A DNA stretch of 41,585 bases. Source: Candidatus Nomurabacteria bacterium (GTDB taxonomy: Bacteria; Patescibacteriota; Minisyncoccia; Phycocordibacterales; UBA9973). The notes under the pieces are model-generated. The model was not told the DNA's origin. It saw only the letters and a list, made by a program, of their open reading frames with translations, and made no database searches. Position numbers and translations under genes: made by a program. Shown piece after piece: positions 10,601 to 19,107 of this stretch. The stretch lies in assembly GCA_031425235.1 (NCBI GenBank), contig JANPIZ010000004.1:132251-173835 (forward strand). Direction: 5' to 3'. Each line of letters starts with the position of its first letter. The stretch's first letter is position 1.

Positions 10601-10827
10601 CCATAATCAAACTTTACCACTACTCCAGGTTCAATACTGAGAGTCGTATGTGGTGCAACTGATATGCTCCGTTCTAAGACATAAGGACTAGCACTCATGA
10701 CCCAAGCTGTGTTTTCATTAATATTAGAGTCAACGATAGTTTTGGCTTCAATTGTTTGTATACTCCAAAAAACTCCCAAGAAAAGGACGGTCGCCCCTAA
10801 CTGTGCAGCTTTTTTAAGCAAAGCCAT
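7606..10827 (-). CDS. Large secreted protein: beta-helix + LCAT/lipase alpha/beta-hydrolase + PxKF domain
   Basis: Signal peptide, Asn/Ser-rich beta-helix repeats, FLPG..AS, YDWR, AHSNGG nucleophile elbow, GDGTV. C-terminal GFLQP...GSTVPVKF...YIYNW.T. Confidence 0.85.
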   Translation of the reverse strand: MALLKKAAQLGATVLFLGVFWSIQTIEAKTIVDSNINENTAWVMSASPYVLERSISVAPHTTLSIEPGVVVKFDYGASLYINGTLNALGTEVNPIYFTSNYDDEAGGSTDDEEFCYEDIDDQGNIIGEICESYDLGDPFSGDWDGIYFSNSINSNLENVFFYYSQNALTLNSSRVYIKHATINNSTSGITALNSSHVEVLDGVLNNLENEALVLFNGSSFIGDDLKLDLSSTSNDGIVVFNNSEVSIKNSSFKNCPTSACITVFDGNDYVINPSSINIASTVFEGGLGSGLLSFGSSNMSVTIKNSSFSNFYYFAVENYTNFTLHAEDNFWGDASGPFNASLNPTGLGEFVYGNVDFTPWLQAYPPVAACCSNVLFLPGLEASRLYKQKTILGIPVEDQLWESNTLSDVEDLYLNTDGTSKNSNIYTRDIIKETNTPIPAGFLGQNIYKSFADTMDNLVTDEKINGWKEYAYDWRQDINDIVNNGTKYQNGSLSLVDTLQFLVDTSKNDKVTIVAHSNGGLLAKAFLKKLQDDKSAGVNTLIDHVDVLVLVAVPEIGTAKAVPAILHGYDQRILGGLLLNEVHGRELGRNMLGAYGLLPSKEYINRVSASPVTFVDTAIPSNVTTNMVQTFGSAVSSYGEYKDFIFGAESRTNPPINQINLPISLSPSLFAQAETLHNTIDAWLPPANLRVIEIAGWGLETIASFEYYPKCQSSVLPGCNFMLDQRPNFTFDGDGTVIVPSAQYMNFLGAAEKYWVDLNKYNVLQFPRVKHPNILETTSVLEFISDKIKNLNQASYNYLSTTAPIDTSNRLRLSIHSPVTLDAYDAEGNHTGKICPPNSDFCYAEENISNSSYLEFGEGKYINLPEEQFSKIKLQGTSTGTFTYESEKVSPSGASTVTTFKDIPVTPATKAEITKDAISHNLKLTLDQNGDGTTGITLQAPPGSIISLPTYVFSGFLQPINDTARQAGQALSVFKAGSTVPVKFQLKNAYGVVIPANALPLWLTPQKGTKMTAPIDESVYTTTATNGNTFRWDSSSQQYIYNWSTKGLVAGYWYKISVKLDDGNTYSVTIGLR

Positions 10828-10871
10828 AGTTGCTTTTATATTAACAATATTTATAAAAACAGCAACCTATC

Positions 10872-10880
10872 TGTGGATAA
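10872..10880 (-). promoter_or_regulatory. DnaA box (TTATCCACA)
   Basis: Perfect consensus, intergenic. Confidence 0.5.
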
Positions 10881-10889
10881 CTCCAGTGA

Positions 10890-11798
10890 TTATTTTTTGA
10901 TTTCACTCGAAGCGAGGCGGAGGATTATTTCTCGGACGGCGTTGTGGCTGTTGGTGATTACGAGTGAGTTTTCGTCGGCAAATACATACATGATGACTGG
11001 GTTCTTGTTGCTGTCGTATAGGATACGGGCATTTTTATTTTCTATAATACCGTCTTCGAAATTCTTCGTGAGGAGGTATTTTGTTTCGGGTGTAAAATCT
11101 ATTCCAAAAAATCCATGGAGGTCAAAAAAAATTTTATGTTCCCAGGTTCGCAATGGAGTAAATATGTCAGTAATTGATCGCATTTTAATCAAGATAAAAA
11201 AATCTTTACCTGATGAATTAATCTGGTCAGATGTAGCCGGCACATTTGGCTCTTTGAAAAAACCTAAGAGGAAATTGTCGCTCACAATACTTGTGTCAGA
11301 ACCAGGAGCAAAATTGCTATCAATGTTTTTAAGAAACTCGCGCAAGCCTGTAGGGTTTTTGTTGGATGTCAGATATATACCGTCGATGCCTTGCGGTTTG
11401 ATTGTTGTTTGATTTATTTCCGCAAGCACCTTTTTGGCTATTTCATCTTTCGTCAGTGCCGCAGTTTCTATGATTGAGCTTTTGTCCGTAAAAATAAGTG
11501 GGGTAAATTGTGGTTCGACAGGCACGGCCGGTGCGTGCCTTTTTATAAAAATAAGACAGATAGCAGCAATAGAGATAAGTATGAGCAGTGCGCTCAAGCC
11601 CATTAAAATTCTATTTTTTTTAGATTCAGGAGATTGCTCCAGTTTCTCACGCTCATGCTCCTCTTCGCCATGAATTATGTTTTTTATCATTCCATTTTTC
11701 CCGTCTTGAAGTGCATCCGCCATGTCTTCGGCGTATGTTTCGACGACTACTTTTGGTACTGGATGTTCGGTAGATAATTTATTTTTATCTTCTTCCAT
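10890..11798 (-). CDS. Hypothetical single-pass membrane protein
   Basis: One TM segment near residues 63-85. Immediately downstream of pnp. Confidence 0.75.
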   Translation of the reverse strand: MEEDKNKLSTEHPVPKVVVETYAEDMADALQDGKNGMIKNIIHGEEEHEREKLEQSPESKKNRILMGLSALLILISIAAICLIFIKRHAPAVPVEPQFTPLIFTDKSSIIETAALTKDEIAKKVLAEINQTTIKPQGIDGIYLTSNKNPTGLREFLKNIDSNFAPGSDTSIVSDNFLLGFFKEPNVPATSDQINSSGKDFFILIKMRSITDIFTPLRTWEHKIFFDLHGFFGIDFTPETKYLLTKNFEDGIIENKNARILYDSNKNPVIMYVFADENSLVITNSHNAVREIILRLASSEIKK

Positions 11799-11809
11799 TT
11801 TTTTAATTT

Positions 11810-13963
11810 TTACCCCTGCTTTTTGAAAAAATCTTTATCGGCTTCTTTTATAGACAGACTTATTTTCCCTGCAGCCTGGTCCACCTTGATTATTTTTACG
11901 GGCACGATCATGCCTTCCTTTATTATATCTGAAACACGCTCAACACGAAACGGGGCGATCTCAGAAACGTGCACGAGCCCATCAGTAAATGCGTTCAATT
12001 TTACAAAAGCGCCAAAGTCAGCAATGCGTACCACTTCCCCTTTGAGTAATTCACCAGGTTGATATTCGTGAGTCATCATCTCAACGATTTCTTTTGCTTT
12101 TGCTGCTGCGTCCCCTTTACCTGTAAAGTATACAGTACCGTCGTCTTCAATAGTTATTTCTGCTCCACTTTTTTCTTTTATGTCTTTAATTGTTTTTCCG
12201 CCGCCGCCGATGACCATACCTATTTTATCTGGATTGATTTTTATGATCATAATTTTGGGAGCATGCGGTGAAATATCTTTCCGAGGTTCTGGTATTTCTT
12301 TTTCAATTCTGTCGATAATAGCAATACGTGCCATTTTGGATTGATCCATGGCCTCACTTAATATCTTGATAGGTACACCCTCGACTTTCACGTCGAGCTG
12401 TATGGCCGTCACGCCCGCGCGAGTCCCAGCAATTTTGAAATCCATGTCCCCATGGTGATCTTCAGGTCCTTGAATATCGGTGAGCACTTTGTATGCACTG
12501 TCAGATTCATACATGAGACCCATAGCAATACCCGCGACAGGTGCCTTGATCGGTACTCCTCCGTCCATAAGTGCAAGTATTGATGCGCAGATAGATGCTT
12601 GTGAAGTAGAACCGTTTGAAGCCATAGATTCAGAAACAACCCGCATAGTATATGGAAATTCGGTCGCGCTCGGCAACACCATAGCAAGTGCTTTTTCCGC
12701 GAGTGCGCCGTGACCGACTTCGCGACGATTTGTAAATCCTGCTCGTCCGACTTCACCTGCTGAATATGGTGGAAAGTTATAATGGTGCATAAATCTCTTT
12801 TCAACTTTGAGTTGCATTCCGTCAACGAGGTTTCTGTCTTCTGGTCCACCAAGAGTCAGTACTGACAACACATGTGTTCCACCGCGATAAAATATACCTG
12901 AACCGTGTAAAATACTAGAAATTCCTCCCGCTTGCGCATATAGGTCACGAAGTTCATCCATTTTTCTTCCGTCCGCACGTTTGTCTTCCGTGATAGCTTT
13001 TTGATGAAGAATTTTGTTCTCTGTTTCATCAAATAAACTATCTTCGGTAGCAAAATCGTCCCGCGCTGGATATGCATCCTTGACCATCTTATTCCATTCG
13101 GTGTGAAGTGCATCTATTTCTTTCTTTCCCGGGCCACTAAATATTGCATTTTCCATTTTAGGCAAGATATGTTCATTAAAGAGAGTTACGGAGTCAGCAG
13201 AAATTTCTTCTTTTGCGATTACTCTTTTTTCTTTACCTATCTCGGCGACTATTTTCTTTTGGAATTCTTCTAGTTTAGAAATCTCGGCACTTGCCACTTT
13301 GAGCGCTTCAGTGAGCTCACTTTCTACTGTTTGATGTGCTGCAGCCTCGATCATGTTTATGTTTCCGCCCTTGCCGCATACCGTAAGGTCAAACGCATAC
13401 TGAGAATCATCTTCACGAAGCTTTTGCGAAGGATTTATCTTTAATGTTTCATCATCCCCGCCTGCATCAGCTATGCCTGAAGCATTGCGGGCAGGATATT
13501 TACCGATACGTACACACCCGATAGGTCCCGCCCATGGGATGTTCGATACAGCGAGTGCCAGTGACGCTGCGTTGACAGCCACTATTGTTGGGTCATTGTC
13601 GTCCACAGATATTACAGTTACGATCACTTGCACTGCATGACGGATCGAATGATCAAAAAGTGGACGGAGGGTCCTGTCGATCACCCGACTGCCGAGTATG
13701 GCATCCTCCGATGGCTTCCCTTCTCGACGAACAAAACGAGAACCAAGTATTTTTCCTGCGGCATAAAACTTTTCGACATAGTCGACAGTCAAATTGAACC
13801 AGCCAAGACCTTTTTGGCTATCTTTCGACATGCACGCGGTGGCCATAACAACCGTTTCCCCATACCGAAGCATTACCGATCCATGAGCCTGCTCTGCTAA
13901 ATCTGTAAAGATAGCAGTAAGAGTCCTCCCCCCAATTTCCACTGAGTATTCTTTTTTTTGCAT
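11810..13963 (-). CDS. pnp: Polyribonucleotide nucleotidyltransferase
   Basis: Two RNase PH domains (RREVGHG, SNGSTS, GDMDFK), KH (IGMVIGGGGKTI) and S1 (DFGAFV, GLVHVSE). Confidence 0.99.
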   Translation of the reverse strand: MQKKEYSVEIGGRTLTAIFTDLAEQAHGSVMLRYGETVVMATACMSKDSQKGLGWFNLTVDYVEKFYAAGKILGSRFVRREGKPSEDAILGSRVIDRTLRPLFDHSIRHAVQVIVTVISVDDNDPTIVAVNAASLALAVSNIPWAGPIGCVRIGKYPARNASGIADAGGDDETLKINPSQKLREDDSQYAFDLTVCGKGGNINMIEAAAHQTVESELTEALKVASAEISKLEEFQKKIVAEIGKEKRVIAKEEISADSVTLFNEHILPKMENAIFSGPGKKEIDALHTEWNKMVKDAYPARDDFATEDSLFDETENKILHQKAITEDKRADGRKMDELRDLYAQAGGISSILHGSGIFYRGGTHVLSVLTLGGPEDRNLVDGMQLKVEKRFMHHYNFPPYSAGEVGRAGFTNRREVGHGALAEKALAMVLPSATEFPYTMRVVSESMASNGSTSQASICASILALMDGGVPIKAPVAGIAMGLMYESDSAYKVLTDIQGPEDHHGDMDFKIAGTRAGVTAIQLDVKVEGVPIKILSEAMDQSKMARIAIIDRIEKEIPEPRKDISPHAPKIMIIKINPDKIGMVIGGGGKTIKDIKEKSGAEITIEDDGTVYFTGKGDAAAKAKEIVEMMTHEYQPGELLKGEVVRIADFGAFVKLNAFTDGLVHVSEIAPFRVERVSDIIKEGMIVPVKIIKVDQAAGKISLSIKEADKDFFKKQG
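13457..13495. repeat. 39-bp palindromic element inserted in-frame in pnp
   Basis: 35/39 identical to intergenic 29294-29332. Encodes PARNASGIADAGG. Confidence 0.9.
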
Positions 13964-14110
13964 ATGATTTGTACCCTGTAGTAGATTTTAACGATACTCT
14001 TTAGAGCTGTGCTTGCACTTCGGCAAAATTCACTACGAGGCTGAGTTCGTGCCCAGACTGCAGTATTGTTCCTTAACTTAAGAACATTACTATGTGTCTG
14101 AACGCGAACC
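13964..14110 (-). promoter_or_regulatory. Structured pnp 5' leader (two long hairpins)
   Basis: ggttcgcgttcagac...gtctgggcacgaact stem, plus a ccctgtagtaga...ttcactacgagg element. Confidence 0.55.
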
Positions 14111-14457
14111 AATTAATTTATAAATTACTAAAATATCGTATCATTTTTATACAAAAAATACTAGTTTATCCCCCAATTCGGCGTGATTTTTGTACATTTT
14201 AGACATTAATTTTACATTAAAACGTAATCCACAGATTGATTGACTTGAATCTCCAATTGGGCTACCCTTAATAGTATCGGATAAGGAGTATGACTTGAAC
14301 TGACCGAATACTAGAGATGACAGTAACATTCGTGAGAACCTTTTCCGCCCTAAGGCGGACAATACACAACAGCATAGTTTTGTTGGTCGTCCTGTAATTC
14401 TGCCCTTGTAAGCTATAGTTTACTTGGGCTAGAAAGGCAATCTCATGATATTTTAGT

Positions 14458-15558
14458 TTGTTTATAAAACATTTATCTAACATAGAGAAGTATATTATAG
14501 CTTCTTCGCTCATATCTGGGGTATTTTTCACCCTTCTGTCGGTACCAAATGAGGTACGGGCAAATTTTTTGACTGCACTATTAAATACCCAAGTATCTGC
14601 TGAAACTCAAAATAATAACAACTCCCAAACTATGGCTTTGTTAACTCCAAAAGTGTCCCCTGCTATAATTTTTCAAAATAAAGACAAGAAAAGTGATCCG
14701 AAAGATGCCCCGATTGACCTCAATATAAGTGTAAATGTAGTTTCTGATAATTCCCTACTTCCTACAGCAACACCTATAAGCGCTATTGGAGGAAGCGACA
14801 CCGAAGACTTTTCATTTAATCAAACCAGCTTTTACGTAGTACGTGCGGGAGACACGGTCGGCAAGGTTGCTGATATGTACGGTGTGTCGGTGGATACAAT
14901 ACTAAAAGCCAATGAATTACAAAAAGGTGCAAGTTTAAAAGAGGGCGATATTTTACTTATATTGCCATTTTCTGGTGTAGAGCACACAGTAGCCAAGGGG
15001 CAAACTCTTAAAAGCATCGCGCTTTTCTACAAAGTAGATTTGTATGACATACTTCTCGCAAATGAAAGCATTGATATAGATACTGTCTTAGCTATTGGTG
15101 ACACATTGATCATTCCAGGTGCAGAAATAGCAAATGAGCCAGTTGTGACAAAACCAAAACCCAAAACACCGACAGTGAAAGGTAAAGACTTGCAAGCTGC
15201 AGGTCCAAGTACAGGTTCATATTTTACAAACCCAGTTCCTGGGGCACGCCGAAGTCGAGGTATAAAACCTGGACACATGGGTGTTGATCTTGCTGCCCCA
15301 ACAGGTACACCTATTCACGCCGGCGCGAGTGGCACAGTAATAATAGCGAGAAAAGGCTACAACGGTGGCTTTGGAAATTATGTTGTTATCCAACACTCAA
15401 ATGGCACAAAAACGTTATACGCTCATATGTCTGAGCTAGGCACAAGTCCAGGTGCTAAGGTTTCAAAAGGTGAAACAATAGGCCGGGTAGGTTCTACGGG
15501 AAAATCAACAGGGCCACACGTACATCTCGAAGTAATCGGTGGAAAAAACCCTTGGTAG
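14458..15558 (+). CDS. LysM x2 + M23 peptidoglycan endopeptidase
   Basis: N-terminal TM, two LysM repeats (YVVRAGDT, HTVAKGQT). HMGVD, YAHM and STGPHVHLE M23 motifs. Confidence 0.95.
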   Translation: MFIKHLSNIEKYIIASSLISGVFFTLLSVPNEVRANFLTALLNTQVSAETQNNNNSQTMALLTPKVSPAIIFQNKDKKSDPKDAPIDLNISVNVVSDNSLLPTATPISAIGGSDTEDFSFNQTSFYVVRAGDTVGKVADMYGVSVDTILKANELQKGASLKEGDILLILPFSGVEHTVAKGQTLKSIALFYKVDLYDILLANESIDIDTVLAIGDTLIIPGAEIANEPVVTKPKPKTPTVKGKDLQAAGPSTGSYFTNPVPGARRSRGIKPGHMGVDLAAPTGTPIHAGASGTVIIARKGYNGGFGNYVVIQHSNGTKTLYAHMSELGTSPGAKVSKGETIGRVGSTGKSTGPHVHLEVIGGKNPW

Positions 15559-15611
15559 ATAAATGTATCTATAATATTGGATTCTGGCACTAAATATGAT
15601 ATAATATAGAT

Positions 15612-15860
15612 ATGTCAAGTCAATTAGAATATAAAATCGAATACGAATCAGATAAAGAAACTGGTCAAGTAACTGCCATCATTCCGGAATTAAACCATGT
15701 TTCTTCTTTTGGAGATACTTTTGCTGAAGCTGAAGCTAATGTCCGAGAAGCAGCTCTCGGCTATTTGGAGGTACTTAGAAAAGAAAACAAAGAAATTCCT
15801 CAAGCTGCGTTTCGTACGGACGGAACATACCTGAAACTCTTTATACCCGAACGTATCTAA
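15612..15860 (+). CDS. hicB: HicB-family antitoxin
   Basis: IPEL...SFGDT.EA..N.REA...YLE motif. Confidence 0.88.
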   Translation: MSSQLEYKIEYESDKETGQVTAIIPELNHVSSFGDTFAEAEANVREAALGYLEVLRKENKEIPQAAFRTDGTYLKLFIPERI

Positions 15861-15866
15861 ACTTTT

Positions 15867-16094
15867 ATGCCAAAGCTTCGTCGCGTGTCTGCGAAAAAAG
15901 TTATTCAGAAGTTAAAGAAAATTGGTTTTACAGAAACTCATCAGCGGGGAAGCCATCTATATTTAAAAAGTAACGATGGAATAAAAATAGTAACCATCCC
16001 TGTTCACGGCGCAAAAGATATCCCGATTGGAACTTTATATAATATCGTCGTCAGACAAGCTGGTTTATCTGTAGATGAATTTAATAACTTATAG
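15867..16094 (+). CDS. hicA: HicA-family mRNA interferase toxin
   Basis: GF...QRGSH...TIPVH..KDIPIGTL..I..QAG. Confidence 0.93.
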   Translation: MPKLRRVSAKKVIQKLKKIGFTETHQRGSHLYLKSNDGIKIVTIPVHGAKDIPIGTLYNIVVRQAGLSVDEFNNL

Positions 16095-16104
16095 AAAATT
16101 CTAA

Positions 16105-16174
16105 CAAACAAAAAACCGCCCTTCGTGTGCCGAAGGGCGGTTTTTTGTTTAAAGCCTCAAAGCTGGCGAAAGAA
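16105..16174. repeat. 70-bp exact direct repeat (contains bidirectional terminator), copy 1
   Basis: Identical to 16801-16870. aaacaaaaaaccgcccttcg-tgtgc-cgaagggcggttttttgttt. Confidence 0.95.
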
Positions 16175-16179
16175 ATTTA

Positions 16180-16443
16180 TTATGAATAAAGTTCACTATG
16201 ACTTCCTATAGCCATAAACTCAACGCAATCTTTTGAAATTTCTTCAAAGACAGCGCGAATATCTCCAGTAATATTTATACTTTTACAACCCTTCCATTCA
16301 CCATAAAGAGGGTGAATGTTTAAAAGTGGATTTGAGTTATCTTTAATAAAAAGCTCGAGTCGTTTTCCAAATTTATCCTGGATATTTTTTGGTTGTTTCT
16401 TGAACATCTTTTTAAATGTTCGCCCATAGCTTATGTATACCAT
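16180..16443 (-). CDS. RelE/YafQ-family toxin
   Basis: F.K..KK, HPLYGEWKG..SINITGDIR, IGSHSELY. Confidence 0.9.
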   Translation of the reverse strand: MVYISYGRTFKKMFKKQPKNIQDKFGKRLELFIKDNSNPLLNIHPLYGEWKGCKSINITGDIRAVFEEISKDCVEFMAIGSHSELYS

Positions 16444-16447
16444 ATTT

Positions 16448-16717
16448 TTATGATTCGAGAGATTTCATCATCTCATGAGCAGAGGAGAAAGGGCCAAAAT
16501 TTTTACCAGCTTTCCGCATAGCCCTCGTGTCTCGAATAGCGTCTTTCAAGAGATCGCTAGGCTCTAAAAGTGAAAAGGAAACAGTCTTAGAGCGAATAAG
16601 CTCTTTCAAAGAAGCACCCACAAGTGTTGAGAGAGAGAACCCTAAATCTTCAGCGACTTTACTAGCTTCCCGTTTTACTTTTGGATCTATTTTAATATTT
16701 AATATTGCTGTCTTCAT
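16448..16717 (-). CDS. RelB/DinJ-family antitoxin
   Basis: RHH-like NIKID..VK..A..VAEDLG.SLS and C-terminal GPFSSA.EM. Directly upstream of the toxin. Confidence 0.88.
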   Translation of the reverse strand: MKTAILNIKIDPKVKREASKVAEDLGFSLSTLVGASLKELIRSKTVSFSLLEPSDLLKDAIRDTRAMRKAGKNFGPFSSAHEMMKSLES

Positions 16718-16772
16718 GGTTCAATAAATTCATCATGACCCTGGGTTATATTAATCGAAGGATCATATACCT

Positions 16773-16803
16773 AAAGTATATACTTTGTATAGATTAATGT
16801 CAA
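16773..16803 (-). promoter_or_regulatory. sigma70 promoter and palindromic operator of the TA operon
   Basis: TTGACA(16803-16798)-17 bp-TATACT(16780-16775). Palindrome aaagtatatacttt at 16773-16786. Confidence 0.75.
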
Positions 16804-16870
16804 ACAAAAAACCGCCCTTCGTGTGCCGAAGGGCGGTTTTTTGTTTAAAGCCTCAAAGCTGGCGAAAGAA
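16801..16870. terminator. 70-bp repeat copy 2; likely terminator of the minus-strand island transcript
   Basis: GC-rich stem followed by a U-tract on both strands. Confidence 0.85.
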
Positions 16871-17070
16871 TGTGAGGAGAGAAATGTTAAACCTCGCATC
16901 ACTTCAAAAAAATGATGCTGGGCCAAAGGAGAGAGATCTTGATCAAAAGTATTGATCGAAAACACTTCCCTCCGAGTTTCTTCCGCCAGCTTTCCTGCCT
17001 TTACTCCCACACCTATTTTTTGATAGTTTTTCAAACGCACTTTCAGTGCAATCAAAAAATAGGTGTGGGG
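16856..17070 (-). ncRNA. Putative structured 3' RNA domain of the island
   Basis: 16856-16870 pairs with 16978-16993 and encloses smaller hairpins. 19-bp perfect stem 17006-17024/17051-17069 with an inner GCAC-UGAAA-GUGC hairpin. Confidence 0.6.
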
Positions 17071-17075
17071 ATATA

Positions 17076-17184
17076 ATCCCAATGAATTTATAACCTAAAT
17101 TACAAACTCAACAAGGATGCCCCGACATAAATCGTCGGGGCAAAATCTCGATTAACCCTTGCGCCCGAGTACCATTCGGGACTT
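17076..17184 (-). ncRNA. Intergenic RNA module A, copy 1
   Basis: AAGU[stem]CGCAAGGGUUAAUCGAG-AUUUUGCC[stem]GGCAUCCUUGUUGA[stem]UCAUUGGGAU. Confidence 0.75.
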
Positions 17185-17228
17185 TTTTTGGTTTTAAGAG
17201 CTTGCACTCAGGATAACCAAAAACCTTT
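17164..17228 (-). ncRNA. Intergenic RNA module B, copy 1
   Basis: UUUUUGGUU-AUCCU-GAGU-GCAA-GCUC-UUAA-AACCAAAAA. Near-identical to 19195-19260. Confidence 0.8.
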
Positions 17229-17242
17229 ACTGTGGAATCTAG

Positions 17243-17983
17243 TCAAAAAGTGACTTCGATTCCATGCGCAGACATTAAGTATGCGAATGAGACTTTTGCC
17301 AGGTCTTCCCTGGCATTTCGTTCGAGCTCGTTCTTCTCGAAATCTTTTTGTTGCGCTGCCTCTTGCGCAGATTTTTCCTCCCTCTCAACTCGAGTTGCCT
17401 CGAGGTAAGTGGGAGTTTGCTCCCACGACTCCTGCAGGTTTGTCTCCACAAAACGCAGTGGGTAGGCAGAAAACGGATCCTGCCATCCGATTACCGGCAA
17501 CGCTTCCCCGTTGCTTTCAAATCTTCTCACCAAGCCCATAATGGACTTGAAGAGAACGGGTGGCAACTCCGAAGGAGTTGCGTTAAGGTTGACTACTAAT
17601 TTCTTAGCAATCTTCTGAATTTTTTCAACTCCTTTGACTTGGACCAAGGTGCCCCAAGCAAAAAGCTTCTCGAACTTGGATTTAATTTCCGGCAACTGGG
17701 CCGGAAACTCTTCATCCCACTTTGGCTCGTCGCCGAGCCAAATCTCGAGGTCCCCACTTGGTTGGAGAACCAAGTGAGTTTTGAACTTTCTCCCCAAATT
17801 CTTGGGGTAAAATTCAAGTGACCCATTATATTTCGAAAATTTAAAGGGGGGTTTTAAGCCCGACCCTTTCAAATTTCCACTCCACTCACTGAGTGGATAA
17901 AGGAATTTGATTCTTTCGCCTTCCGAAGGCGATGAAATTAAATTTTCCGGAACCACAACGAAAGTCTTTATAACTGCTATCAT
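17243..17983 (-). CDS. Hypothetical protein (island ORF5)
   Basis: 246-aa ORF with SD AGGAGAAAAGG-ATG. No recognisable family. Confidence 0.8.
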   Translation of the reverse strand: MIAVIKTFVVVPENLISSPSEGERIKFLYPLSEWSGNLKGSGLKPPFKFSKYNGSLEFYPKNLGRKFKTHLVLQPSGDLEIWLGDEPKWDEEFPAQLPEIKSKFEKLFAWGTLVQVKGVEKIQKIAKKLVVNLNATPSELPPVLFKSIMGLVRRFESNGEALPVIGWQDPFSAYPLRFVETNLQESWEQTPTYLEATRVEREEKSAQEAAQQKDFEKNELERNAREDLAKVSFAYLMSAHGIEVTF

Positions 17984-18158
17984 CCTTTTCTCCTATACTC
18001 TGCCTGCCGTAACGGTTCAGGTCTTACGAATATTTTTCTATTTGCCGGATTGAACATGATCCGTGCTTGCAACATGGCTGGTTTAAAATACAAAGCGGGC
18101 ATTAGCCAGGCTCGGTATTAGGTTCAGCTCAACCTGTATCTTTAATTTTTTTGGGTTT

Positions 18159-18286
18159 TTAACCCTATGAATTTACAAATTCCTAGATAGAGTTTGATAC
18201 TCTATCTAATATAAATTTATAAACTCAATAAGATGTAGAATTTTTGCTTTCACGAAAATTCTACAAAACTTTAGATTAACCCTTGT
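18159..18286 (-). ncRNA. Intergenic RNA module A, copy 2
   Basis: CAAGGGUUAAUC..UUUUG[stem, GAAA loop]CAUCUUAUUGA[extended stem]UCAUAGGGUUAA. Confidence 0.7.
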
Positions 18287-18523
18287 CTTATCTGTACTGT
18301 AACGTCAGCACAAAACGGTAGTCCTAATTTTTATTTGCCGGACTTAACTGAGACAAAGCACATTAATTACATAATTCTGTTATCACAACAGTACTATGCC
18401 CAAGATAATCCTTTTTTACCGTTACATTCCGGTCAACCTCTTTAGTCTTTTATGCAGGTTGCTGATTATTTTGATATCCCCCAGTCTGACTGTGCGCTGG
18501 GGTGAGACAGGAAAACTGTTATT

Positions 18524-18979
18524 TTATTGAACCTTTTCCGATAACTTTCTCGCTTTTCTTTTTAAGCGTGTTTTGAAACGCTTAACTTCTGAACGCGAAA
18601 GTTTTCTGGATAAGTAGTATTCATCTTTATTTTCCCAAATAAGATTTTTAACTACTGCTTCTAAAGGATCAACGAAATGAACATGCTTTGAAATCATTTT
18701 CCCAAAGACGCAAGACCACAGGTAGTGATACTGGTCTTTTTGGACTTCAAAGATTTTTTTTCCATTTAACACAGCGAAGTAAGCTTCCCAATGCCAAGTG
18801 CTAAAAGCTACTTGATTTGGACCTACTTCATGCTGACCTATCACCTCTAACCATTCACTTTCCTCAAAAACTTCTTGAGGAAAAAGTATCATGGTTGAAG
18901 GAGCTCCGACCCATGGTCTGGGTCTGATATAGATCAGCAACGGAGACTGTGTCTCGTTTCGGATTGTCTTTATTTCCAT
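18524..18979 (-). CDS. Hypothetical protein (island ORF4)
   Basis: ORF with GGAGAG SD before the ATG at 18979. Basic C-terminus. Confidence 0.7.
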   Translation of the reverse strand: MEIKTIRNETQSPLLIYIRPRPWVGAPSTMILFPQEVFEESEWLEVIGQHEVGPNQVAFSTWHWEAYFAVLNGKKIFEVQKDQYHYLWSCVFGKMISKHVHFVDPLEAVVKNLIWENKDEYYLSRKLSRSEVKRFKTRLKRKARKLSEKVQ

Positions 18980-19107
18980 AAAGCTCTCCAATCACCTCAG
19001 GCTACTCACAACTAAAATAAAGTTGTGCAAGGATTGTGTGATCTAGTCCACACTTAGCGAAGTTCTTGCATTTCTACAACAACAATCCTTATGTCCGTAA
19101 TGGTGAC

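Noticed and set aside
14268-14457. c-di-AMP (ydaO) riboswitch before the M23 peptidase
   Set aside because: The conserved GCUGAAUCC / GGGGGA / GUCAGCUAAC elements are absent.
16771-17082. 103-aa minus-strand ORF
   Set aside because: It runs through long palindromes and the terminator, has no SD, and is better explained as structured RNA.
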